Of a DNA stretch of 64,000 nt, positions 30,121-39,215 are shown in pieces (within the stretch, counting starts at the first letter, position 1; every line of letters begins with the position of its first letter). A program made the translations under genes and the position numbers. Location: assembly GCA_016844955.1 (NCBI GenBank), contig JAERTH010000031.1:16087-80086 (forward strand). The letters are read 5' to 3'. A model generated the notes under the pieces. It worked only from the letters and a program-made list of their open reading frames with translations, was not told the origin of the DNA and searched no databases. Source of the stretch: Fidelibacterota bacterium (GTDB lineage Bacteria > Fidelibacterota > UBA8477 > JABMPR01).

Positions 30121-33100
30121 GTGAACACCACAAAATTAAAAATTGTATTGCTGCTGCTGATCCCAGGATTCCTGTTTTCCAGGGAACTCACAGCAACATC
30201 CATGGCAAAACTATCTCCTGATCTCCAAGCCCTGGTTGCGGAAATGAGTCCTGAGAATGCTGCATTAACTCAGAATCGTTATTCGAAAGTCCAAACGGTT
30301 TCTTCGACTATGCGGGAAACACTATATCCAGTGACCATTCGTAGTGAGCACATTGAGAGTGTGAAATCAGCAGGTATCAAGACCAACTCAGATTATGAGG
30401 GGTGGTCAACCGCTCGGGTCACATATGATGAATTGTTGACATTGAGTGAACTCAATTCTGTCTCAAGTGTCTTTCAGGGTGATGTGCTTTACCCCTTGAA
30501 TGACCTTGCTGTTAGTCTGTCAGGTGCAGATTTGATCCATGATGCCTACTTAAATGATATTGCCTATGATGGGACGGGGGTCATCATCTTGGTGATTGAC
30601 ACAGGTATTGACTGGTCACATCTGGATTTCAGAGGAGAGGGTGCGGATACTGTAAACAGCCGGATTTTGTATATTTGGGATCAAACAATTACTGCCAATG
30701 AGGACGGTGCCACAGGCGAAGTAACCCCCGATGGGTATGACGGAACTAATTTCGAAGATTTGGATTATGGTGTTCATTACACCCAGGCGCATATAGAAGA
30801 TGAAATTGATGGAATTGCTGCCAACTATGTACGAGAAGAAGATACAAATGGTCATGGAACCATGGTTACAAGCGCTGCTGCAGGAAGTGGTGCCGCATTA
30901 ACGAGTTATAAGTACAAAGGTCTGGCACCCAATGCTGATATAGTTGTAGTGAAAGCCGGCAATGGAACCTTGTCAGATAACAATGTAAAAGATGCGCTGA
31001 CCTACGCTCAGGGTGTTGCAGCAAAAACAAGTAAGCCCGTTGTGGCAAACCTGAGTCTTGGTGGTCAAACCAATGCCCATGATGGCACTTCAACACTGGA
31101 TCAAGCCGTTAATACTTTTACAGGGTCAGGAAATGGACGCGTGGCTGTTGTGGCTGCCGGGAATGCCGGAAACGAAGACATTCATGTAAGTGGATCAGTG
31201 GGGGCCAGTTCCAATAGTGATTTTACGGTTAACGCTACGGTGGGAGGGGCCGGAAGTGATTATTTTGTGTTTGAACTTTGGTGGGATGGGACACCAGATG
31301 TAACGCTTACGGTGATTTCTCCCAATAGTGATACCTATAGTGTGGCCGCTGGCCAAACGGGTACCTCAACTACGGGCGATACAAATGATGGCATAATTTA
31401 TCTGTTCAATAATACAGACTCTAATTTTAGCAACGGTGACCGACGTAGCTATGTGAGAGTTTATGAAGATGGTACTACACCCATGGTTGGGGGCAATTGG
31501 ACGATTCGGGCAACCAATAATACAGGTTCATCTATTGATTATCATGGCTGGTTGTCTGCAAGGTATTATTCAACAACCACAGTTTCCGGAGGCGACTCAG
31601 ACTATACCATTGCCACGCCTGGAACTGCCAGCTCAGCCATTACTGTTGGCGGATACACAGCCCGCTGGCGCTGGCACGCCACAAATGACACTAGTTATGG
31701 GTTTTTAGGAACGGATCTTTCCGATGATATTGCCTATTTTAGTAGTGTCGGCCCTACTCGGGATGGTGCTCAAAAACCTGACATTTGTACACCCGGTCGC
31801 GGAGTCATAGCTGCCACATCTTCAGACTACACACCTTATACTTCCAAAACGATAGCTGCTAATACATATCACTTAAATGAAGGGACCAGTATTGGTGCAG
31901 GCGCGGTATCTGGCGCGGTATCGCTACTACTGGATTACAACCCCAACCTTTCCGCCGCATCTGTTAAATCGCTTCTCACAGATAATGCAGATAGTGATGC
32001 CACATATACAGGATCTGTACCCAATTATTCATGGGGTTATGGCAAACTCAATATTTTTAAATCCATGGCTAAGGCTATCAATAGTGCAGTTACAGTTAAT
32101 CACGATGTTTACTCTTATTTTGGATGGGGTGCAACTGCTGGTGTAAGCTTACCGGTAGGATATTATGCTTCTCAACAATTTTATCCCACTGTAGATGGAG
32201 ATGTGACAGGGGCATTTTTTCATCCGAGTTCAAGCACGGGAACAGCTGATAGTGTATATTTCGAAATTTGGTCCGATAATAGTACCGAACCGGGAGCCAA
32301 GCTGGGTTCCACAGTAAAACTGGCCGTAAGTGATATATCAAAATATAGTTGGAATTACGTTTCCTTGAAGGACACGGGTGTGCCAGTAACAGGGGGGTCT
32401 TACTACCATCTGATGCTTATAAATGAGGCCTCAGGGTCATTTGGAATACACTTCGAGAGTGGCTCCAATAATGGAAAATCGCACTATAGCAGCTCTGGCT
32501 CAAGCTGGACAGGATACTCGAATTGGCGTATGCGCACAGTCGTTTCCACCAACGAAGAAACCCTGGACAGCTCCCTGCCCGTAGAACTGGCCTTCTTCAA
32601 CGCATCAACCTACAAGGGCCACATTGTTCTCAAATGGGCCACGGAAAGCGAAACCGAGAATCAAGGGTTTCGTATCGACCGACGGATAAGCGGCCAGGAT
32701 GAATGGAAGACCATCGCCGATCATGGCAAAAACCCGGAACTGGAAGGCCAGGGCAGCACCACGAGCCGAACCGACTATTCTTTTAAGGACAAGACCGCCA
32801 AGCCGGGGGTGAAATACGACTACAGGCTAAGCGATATTCCCTATGCTGCAGCCTATAAAGCCAATCCCATCATTCTTGAAGATGTTCAACTTCTGATTGA
32901 GAAATTTGTATTGTATGACAACTATCCCAATCCTTTTAATCCCTCCACACAGATCGCTTATCAAATGCCACAAACTGGCGATGTCAGTATTAGGATCACT
33001 GATATAAAGGGACGGGAAGTTCAATCCTGGACCCTCAACGACCAGGCAGCCGGCTATCATGAAGCACGCTGGGGTGGTTTAAATAATCAAGGTGCACCAG

Positions 33101-33177
33101 TCAGCGCCGGTGTGTATCTGTTAACGGTTCAAGCTGGAAATGTTACTCAAAGCAGGAAGATGTTGCTGCTAAAATAA
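30121..33177 (+). CDS. Large secreted S8 peptidase (Csp-like insertion) with LPVEL Ig module and T9SS-type CTD
   Basis: GTG 30121 after GAGGAG gives a signal peptide. VIDTGID, GHGT, AAGN, GTS; NYPNPFNP CTD. Confidence 0.88.
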   Translation: MNTTKLKIVLLLLIPGFLFSRELTATSMAKLSPDLQALVAEMSPENAALTQNRYSKVQTVSSTMRETLYPVTIRSEHIESVKSAGIKTNSDYEGWSTARVTYDELLTLSELNSVSSVFQGDVLYPLNDLAVSLSGADLIHDAYLNDIAYDGTGVIILVIDTGIDWSHLDFRGEGADTVNSRILYIWDQTITANEDGATGEVTPDGYDGTNFEDLDYGVHYTQAHIEDEIDGIAANYVREEDTNGHGTMVTSAAAGSGAALTSYKYKGLAPNADIVVVKAGNGTLSDNNVKDALTYAQGVAAKTSKPVVANLSLGGQTNAHDGTSTLDQAVNTFTGSGNGRVAVVAAGNAGNEDIHVSGSVGASSNSDFTVNATVGGAGSDYFVFELWWDGTPDVTLTVISPNSDTYSVAAGQTGTSTTGDTNDGIIYLFNNTDSNFSNGDRRSYVRVYEDGTTPMVGGNWTIRATNNTGSSIDYHGWLSARYYSTTTVSGGDSDYTIATPGTASSAITVGGYTARWRWHATNDTSYGFLGTDLSDDIAYFSSVGPTRDGAQKPDICTPGRGVIAATSSDYTPYTSKTIAANTYHLNEGTSIGAGAVSGAVSLLLDYNPNLSAASVKSLLTDNADSDATYTGSVPNYSWGYGKLNIFKSMAKAINSAVTVNHDVYSYFGWGATAGVSLPVGYYASQQFYPTVDGDVTGAFFHPSSSTGTADSVYFEIWSDNSTEPGAKLGSTVKLAVSDISKYSWNYVSLKDTGVPVTGGSYYHLMLINEASGSFGIHFESGSNNGKSHYSSSGSSWTGYSNWRMRTVVSTNEETLDSSLPVELAFFNASTYKGHIVLKWATESETENQGFRIDRRISGQDEWKTIADHGKNPELEGQGSTTSRTDYSFKDKTAKPGVKYDYRLSDIPYAAAYKANPIILEDVQLLIEKFVLYDNYPNPFNPSTQIAYQMPQTGDVSIRITDIKGREVQSWTLNDQAAGYHEARWGGLNNQGAPVSAGVYLLTVQAGNVTQSRKMLLLK

Positions 33178-33199
33178 TAATGGGTGAATGATATGTTCT

Positions 33200-33223
33200 A
33201 GGCGGGGATTCCAATCCCCGCCT
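33200..33223. terminator. Stem-loop / probable terminator
   Basis: AGGCGGGGATT / AATCCCCGCCT between convergent genes. Confidence 0.65.
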
Positions 33224-33249
33224 GGTGAAATAAAAATCTCTTTTAAGGT

Positions 33250-33287
33250 TCAAGATTCTTCATGTCGCGCTGCTCATTCAGAATGAC
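33250..33287. repeat. Family A element, right arm only
   Basis: TCAAGATTCTTCA...TTCAGAATGAC. Confidence 0.65.
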
Positions 33288-33290
33288 GTG

Positions 33291-34673
33291 TTATTCCAAT
33301 GGCTTTAAGCGGGCCGTGAAGTGACGCAATACCGCTGCCTGGTATTCGATTTCATAACCTTTGATACTTTCCCTGTCCTCATATAGCTCAATGATGTTTT
33401 CAGCCACATACTGCATCTGACTGTTGGTATAGACACGTCGTGGTATGGCCAGTCTGACCAATTCCAGATCCGGATAGCGCGTTTCACCAGTAGCGGGATC
33501 CTCTGCAGCAAACATGAGACTGCCGATTTCTACGGCCCTGATACCAGCATGAGTATACATGGCTACTGTCAGCGCGATTCCTGGAAATCTGGACTGGGGA
33601 ACATGGGGCAGGAAATTTTTTGCATCGAGATAAACCGCATGACCACCAGTAGGTCTGAGAATGGGCACACCAGCCTCGATCAATCTGTCACCCAATTCTT
33701 CAACCTGTGAAATGCGATAGGCCAGATAATCCTCCTGAAGCACCTCTTCCAGACCCCGGGCAATAGCCTCGAGATCACGACCCGCCAAACCACCATATGT
33801 TGGGAATCCTTCAATTAAAATAAGTCGATTGGTAATCTGCTGAGCCAGCTCATCATCATTGGTGGCAAAGAATCCACCCATATTGACCAGGGCGTCCTTT
33901 TTGGCACTCATGGTACAACCATCGGCGTAGGAAAACATCTCATTGGCGATTTCCAGGATGCTCTTCTCCTGGTAACCAGGTTCGCGCAGCTTGATAAAAT
34001 AGGCGTTTTCTGCAAAGCGACACGCGTCAATGTAAAAGGGGATGTTATGTTGACGCAGTAACTCAGAGGTACCACGGATATTGGCCATGGAAACCGGTTG
34101 TCCGCCACCCGAGTTATTGGTAATGGTGAGCATCCCGATTGGAATCCGCTCTGGTCCAACCTCATCAATAAGTTTGGCCAGTTTATCCAGATCAATATTG
34201 CCCTTGAAATCGTCAATAATCTGAGTGTCCTTGGCAATATCAACCACCAGATCTGATGCCTGACCACCATTGTATTCCACATTGGCCCGGGTGGTATCAA
34301 AATGATTATTATTGGGGATAATCTGGTTGGGGCGATCCTTGAGAATGGTTGAGAATAATAGATTCTCGGCCACCCGACCCTGATGGGTGGGGATCACATG
34401 TTTGAAGCCGAAAATCTTGTTGATCATCTGCTCGAAATGGAAATAATTCTTACTGCCCGCGTATGATTCATCCCCTTTCATCATGCCTGCCCATTGGTTG
34501 TCGCTCATGGCACTGGTACCACTATCCGTAAGCAGGTCGATATAAATTTTGTCAGCGGGAATATTAAAAACATTGTATCCTGCGTCCTGGATTACGGCCA
34601 GTCGTTCCCAGTCTGTTGTCCTGGCAATGGGCTCAACCGTTTTAATTCTAAATGGTTCTGGTGGATATTTCAT
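33291..34673 (-). CDS. tnaA: Tryptophanase
   Basis: EPFRIK, DLLTDSGT, PTHQGR, PLP-lysine motif MSAKKD. FDTT and LRHFTA fit Trpase rather than tyrosine phenol-lyase. Confidence 0.88.
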   Translation of the reverse strand: MKYPPEPFRIKTVEPIARTTDWERLAVIQDAGYNVFNIPADKIYIDLLTDSGTSAMSDNQWAGMMKGDESYAGSKNYFHFEQMINKIFGFKHVIPTHQGRVAENLLFSTILKDRPNQIIPNNNHFDTTRANVEYNGGQASDLVVDIAKDTQIIDDFKGNIDLDKLAKLIDEVGPERIPIGMLTITNNSGGGQPVSMANIRGTSELLRQHNIPFYIDACRFAENAYFIKLREPGYQEKSILEIANEMFSYADGCTMSAKKDALVNMGGFFATNDDELAQQITNRLILIEGFPTYGGLAGRDLEAIARGLEEVLQEDYLAYRISQVEELGDRLIEAGVPILRPTGGHAVYLDAKNFLPHVPQSRFPGIALTVAMYTHAGIRAVEIGSLMFAAEDPATGETRYPDLELVRLAIPRRVYTNSQMQYVAENIIELYEDRESIKGYEIEYQAAVLRHFTARLKPLE

Positions 34674-34701
34674 GGTATTTCCCTATTGATTACGCCTGTA
34701 A

Positions 34702-35412
34702 TTAGAGCCTGAATTGGATGGGTAAAACCAGTTGGAAAGGTACTGGTTTATCGCGGTATTTTGCAGGAACCCAGGATGTTTTCTTAATAGCCGCCAGTGC
34801 CGCTTCATCTAAATCCGGATAGCTTGATACGAGTAAATGAATATCTGTTATAGAGCCATCGGGTTTGACTATAAGCGTGTAGTAACTGGTTCCTGAGCGG
34901 TTCATGCTTCTGGCCATCTCAGGATACTCCAGATTGTGATAAAGGCGTTGAAAGCCGCCAATTGGCTCTGGTGTTGAGTCCAGGAGACGGTATCCCCGGG
35001 TTGTAAATTTTTCAGGAAATTCCGGATAGTTGGATTGCCAGACTTTGAAAGTATCTGAATAGGTGCTGGCCAAAGCTTCATTGGCTTCGAATTTGAGCTG
35101 AGCCTGTTCATATATCCAACCCGCGCTATCAATAATTTCCATGCGTTGGTAGCATTCCACCAGGAAGGGATATGCCTCAGGGAATTGCATATTCTGGTCC
35201 AAACTCAGAACCAACTCCAGGTCTTCTTTGGCCTGGGGTAGCTTGTCTGCCTGTTTGTAAAAAATCACCTGAGCGGCCCTGAAAAAGTAATAGGATGTCT
35301 CTGGAGCTTCTGGTTCAGGGATATCTACTCCAGCCAGTGGATTGGTCGCCATACAATTCGTCAGGATAAGGGTGATTATCAGAACTGAAAGCATGTGAAG
35401 TTTTCGGGTCAT
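34702..35412 (-). CDS. Lipoprotein with TPR-like helices and TonB C-terminal domain
   Basis: LTNC lipobox; YPEMAR...G...LDEAALAAI...W.PA...PV...LPIQF. Confidence 0.8.
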   Translation of the reverse strand: MTRKLHMLSVLIITLILTNCMATNPLAGVDIPEPEAPETSYYFFRAAQVIFYKQADKLPQAKEDLELVLSLDQNMQFPEAYPFLVECYQRMEIIDSAGWIYEQAQLKFEANEALASTYSDTFKVWQSNYPEFPEKFTTRGYRLLDSTPEPIGGFQRLYHNLEYPEMARSMNRSGTSYYTLIVKPDGSITDIHLLVSSYPDLDEAALAAIKKTSWVPAKYRDKPVPFQLVLPIQFRL

Positions 35413-36290
35413 GATTTTGAGTCCTTTTGTTCTAGTGTCATCTGGAAAAAATCGTGAAGCTTTTCCCAGAATCCAGGTTCATGGTGACAGTTGGAGTGTG
35501 CCCGTCCAGGTATATCCCAGAGTTGGGAATTTCCATCACGGGCCGCCTTATGCAATTTGCTCGCCTGAAGCGGTAAAACCACTTTATCCTCATCTCCGTG
35601 TATGATAAAGAAGGATGCATCAGACTTTGCAATGGTATTTACAGGAGCAAAGGCTTCGTATGAAATACCGATTCGCCGTTCAATTTGTTTAAGAATTATC
35701 CAGATAAGCACCGAAGGGACATGATGGTTTTTAAATTCGCGGGTCATGATATCAACAGGATGTGCCGGGGCTCCAACAGTTGCTACCGCTTTAATATGGG
35801 GCTCTAAGGAAGCCGCATACACGGCACCTGCGCCACCAATGGATAAGCCGACCACACCAATTTTAGCTGTATCAATATTTCGAGAGCTGACATACTGGAC
35901 TGCTGCCCGAATATCCCGACCAAATTTATACATGGAAGCATGATCATCAGCATCGCTGGAACCATGGTGTCTTGCATCGAAAGCGAGGAGGTTATAATTC
36001 AAAGGAAAGAGGTGTTGAATGTAGCGTAGCATACGACCCAGATTTCGGCTCCACCCATGAACCAACACCAATGTTGAAGCTTTTTCAGATGCGCGTTGGG
36101 CAGGTATCCACCACCCATAAAGTTGTCGATTATTATCAGTGGGGAAGCGAACTTCCTCAAATTCCAGTCCAAACTTATCAGGAGTTTCCGCATGAGGGGT
36201 TTGTTTCAAAGCCCACATTTTTTGGGTTATAAACTTTGTAATAAGAAAGAGCAGTAGCAGGCCAAATAATATCCAGTAGAAGGTTGTCAT
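35409..36290 (-). CDS. Membrane-anchored alpha/beta hydrolase
   Basis: N-terminal TM, LVHGW, DARHHG, GLSIGG, HGDEDKVV. Confidence 0.88.
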   Translation of the reverse strand: MTTFYWILFGLLLLFLITKFITQKMWALKQTPHAETPDKFGLEFEEVRFPTDNNRQLYGWWIPAQRASEKASTLVLVHGWSRNLGRMLRYIQHLFPLNYNLLAFDARHHGSSDADDHASMYKFGRDIRAAVQYVSSRNIDTAKIGVVGLSIGGAGAVYAASLEPHIKAVATVGAPAHPVDIMTREFKNHHVPSVLIWIILKQIERRIGISYEAFAPVNTIAKSDASFFIIHGDEDKVVLPLQASKLHKAARDGNSQLWDIPGRAHSNCHHEPGFWEKLHDFFQMTLEQKDSKS

Positions 36291-36404
36291 GAGGCCTTCA
36301 AGCTATGCTTAAACACAGGCAAAAGCCAGCTTAGCATACCATATGTTTTGCGAGAGAGCGCAAAAAAGGGGTGTTTTATATGGAAACAAAAATCATTTTA
36401 AGGC

Positions 36405-37322
36405 ATGTATAAGAAGGTCATGTCTAAACATTATATAATAACAGTTCTGATGACGCTGCTGCTGGTGACCGCCGTCTTTCCTGAAACACCTTCTCATCAG
36501 CTACTCACCTATCCCTTCAGTAATAGATCGGCAGCTATGGGTGGGAGCAGAGCGGTTGATGCGTCTGGAAATATTGATATTCAGGGCAATCCAGCGAGCG
36601 CTAGTTTTGTTGAGCATATGCAAGGTCAGGTGAGCTTCGTTGACCATCTAGTAGGAATTAAAGGCTATACTGCCGCTGGTATCATACCAATGCAGCGACA
36701 TCGCATTATAGGTGAGATGATTTACTTTGATTACGGTTCGTTTGACAAAACCGATGTCCTTGGGTCCAATCAAGGTAACTTTGGGTATCATGAGTTGGCC
36801 ACCTCAATGGGGTATGCATTCACGTTTTCTGAGATGGTTCGATTAGGTGGTAGGGTAGGTCGTTATCAGCGTGTGGCCGATGGAACTTCTATGGGAGATT
36901 TCTACTATGACTTGGGGGCAGTTTATCACAAACCCCTAGATTCACTAACTGTCGGAGTGTATCTGGCTTCCGATGCCATAGGCGAACCGGAAGAATCTTT
37001 CCCAACCCAATTGCATGTCGGGACATCCAAAATTTTATCTCATTTGCCCCTGCGACTCAACCTAGAGGGAATCTACGGTTTTAACGATCTTGTCAGGTTT
37101 TCTCTTGGAGCAGAAGTCCTGCTACATACCAGTTTCAAGGTTCGTCTGGGAGTAAGCTCTAACCGATTTGATCTGCAAACTGGTGTGACAGAATCTGACT
37201 TTATTGCAGGAACTTCCGCGGGCTTCGCTATAGATTGGCAGGGTATGCTCATTGAATCAGCAACCCAGAGTTTTGGGGCAGCTGGTTGGGTTAGTCAACT
37301 CTCTCTCGCCTATAGATTGTAA
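36405..37322 (+). CDS. PorV/PorQ-like outer-membrane barrel (T9SS-associated family)
   Basis: Signal peptide; L..P.S.RSAAMGG...NPA plug; YFDYGSF; C-terminal LSLAYRL. Start may be ATG 36420. Confidence 0.7.
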   Translation: MYKKVMSKHYIITVLMTLLLVTAVFPETPSHQLLTYPFSNRSAAMGGSRAVDASGNIDIQGNPASASFVEHMQGQVSFVDHLVGIKGYTAAGIIPMQRHRIIGEMIYFDYGSFDKTDVLGSNQGNFGYHELATSMGYAFTFSEMVRLGGRVGRYQRVADGTSMGDFYYDLGAVYHKPLDSLTVGVYLASDAIGEPEESFPTQLHVGTSKILSHLPLRLNLEGIYGFNDLVRFSLGAEVLLHTSFKVRLGVSSNRFDLQTGVTESDFIAGTSAGFAIDWQGMLIESATQSFGAAGWVSQLSLAYRL

Positions 37323-37521
37323 GGATATTTCACTTCCCACAGGTAGATGTCTCTGTACCTGGAGCAGCCAAAAATCAACAAAAATCCTGGGCAAAAAATC
37401 ACGATTAAAAGCTCATGCTTTCCCTGGCATTTTGGTTATAATACAAATCTAGATTGGAATATGTGTGTGGTGGGTCACCCATGCTATTGAACCGAAAGGT
37501 TAGATTACAGACCACAGGGTT

Positions 37522-39129
37522 ATGATGAAATTGTTGTATAAGAACATATTAAGCTCCTTTCTGATCCTCACGCTGGGGTATAGCGGGAGTGCAGGTATGG
37601 TTGAAAACAACTTGCTGATTCGCTTCGATGAGGGGCTTTCCAGAGATGATATTGAGTTGATTATCATGGATGAACCCCTGGAATTAGTAGAGCTGCTCAG
37701 CCGGCCTCTGAATATTTGGCTGCTCCGGGTTGACCTGAGCAAGAACCAACTCAATCGCGTTCAAAGTAATGTGGCGAACATTCCTGAAATTCACTATGCC
37801 CAGTATGATCATTATGTAAATCTCCGCGTGGATCCTGACGATCCAGTGTATCCACAGCAATGGAATTTCCATAATTCGGGAATAAATGTAAACGGTGATT
37901 CTACGGGTGTTGAGGATGCAGATATTGATGCTCCCGAAGCCTGGGAAATTACAACTGGTGGTCATACTGTTTTGGGGCGTGAAATAGTCGCAGGCGTTGT
38001 CGATGGGGGCTGTGATACGGCCCATACGGATCTACTGGATAACTTATGGTACAACTCTGCGGATACTGCTGGAAACGGAATTGATGATGATGGAAACGGA
38101 TACATCGATGATTATCGTGGCTGGAACGCCTATAATCAGACCGGCGTGTTTCCCCGACCAAGTAGAGATTCCAATCATGGAACCCACGTGGCAGGTATAA
38201 TTGGGGCTCAATCAAATAATAGTAATCAGGTCGCTGGTGTTAACTGGGACGTAAAGCTCATGCTCGTAGCGGGAGCCAGCAATTATACCTCAACGGTGGT
38301 CAGGGCCTACACCTACATTCTCGAACAAAAGCTTGATTGGATTGAATCGGGTGGCACCAGGGGCGCTTTTGTTGTTGCGATAAATTCCAGCTTCGGAATT
38401 GATGAAGCTGATTGCGAATCCGGCAATTACCCACTCTGGAATGATATGTTTGACGCCCTGGGTGAAGCTGGAATTCTTTCAATAGGGGCCACCGCAAATC
38501 GTAGCCTCAATGTGGATGTTCAGGGAGATGTGCCAACCAGCTGCTCCAGTCCTTATTTGATCACGGTAACCAACACCACCAAGTGGGACTTGCGAGCCTC
38601 CTCTGGTTATGGTGCAGAATCCATTGATCTTGGAGCACCGGGAACATCAGTTATCTCAACGACTATCAATCAAAATAATATTACCGAATTTGAGCATTTG
38701 ACCGGGTATAAATCTGGGACATCCATGGCAGCTCCCCATGTTACCGGAGCAGTAGCCCTCATGCATGCAGCAGCCAATACCGAGTTGGCCCAATATTACG
38801 AGAATTATCCTGCACAGGGTGCACAGATTTTCAAATCCATGATCCTCTCCACAGTAGATACGCTGGCAGCACTTCAGGATGTTACAGTGACCAATGGCCG
38901 ATTAAACCTTCATGGCGCAGTCCTGGAGGCAGCCAACTGGCAGGCCACAGGTGATGGCAATATGAATGGCGATGATTTTGTAAATATCCAGGATGTTGTC
39001 ATTTTGGTAAACCTGATTCTTGGAACTATTGAAGCAACGCCAGAGCTGCTCATTGCAGGTGACCTAAACTATGATGCCAGTGTTTCGGTTCAGGACTTGA
39101 TATTTTTGGCCAATGTCATCCTGCATTAA
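37522..39129 (+). CDS. Secreted S8 peptidase with C-terminal dockerin-like domain
   Basis: VVDGG, HGTHVAG, GTSMAAPHV. Duplicated GNMNGDDFVNIQD..ILVNLIL / GDLNYDASVSVQD..FLANVIL. Confidence 0.9.
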   Translation: MMKLLYKNILSSFLILTLGYSGSAGMVENNLLIRFDEGLSRDDIELIIMDEPLELVELLSRPLNIWLLRVDLSKNQLNRVQSNVANIPEIHYAQYDHYVNLRVDPDDPVYPQQWNFHNSGINVNGDSTGVEDADIDAPEAWEITTGGHTVLGREIVAGVVDGGCDTAHTDLLDNLWYNSADTAGNGIDDDGNGYIDDYRGWNAYNQTGVFPRPSRDSNHGTHVAGIIGAQSNNSNQVAGVNWDVKLMLVAGASNYTSTVVRAYTYILEQKLDWIESGGTRGAFVVAINSSFGIDEADCESGNYPLWNDMFDALGEAGILSIGATANRSLNVDVQGDVPTSCSSPYLITVTNTTKWDLRASSGYGAESIDLGAPGTSVISTTINQNNITEFEHLTGYKSGTSMAAPHVTGAVALMHAAANTELAQYYENYPAQGAQIFKSMILSTVDTLAALQDVTVTNGRLNLHGAVLEAANWQATGDGNMNGDDFVNIQDVVILVNLILGTIEATPELLIAGDLNYDASVSVQDLIFLANVILH

Positions 39130-39164
39130 CCCTCCGAAATACCACCAACAGAAATTTTTGTAAT

Positions 39165-39196
39165 AAAAAAGCCCATCGGAAACCGATGGGCTTTTT
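39165..39196. terminator. Bidirectional terminator
   Basis: AAAAAGCCCATCGG-AAA-CCGATGGGCTTTTT. Confidence 0.9.
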
Positions 39197-39215
39197 ATCC
39201 TGTTTGGATGTAGGA

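Noticed and set aside
33291..34673. Tyrosine phenol-lyase
   Set aside because: FDTT and RHFTA match tryptophanase, not the FTTT and RFFTA of TPL.
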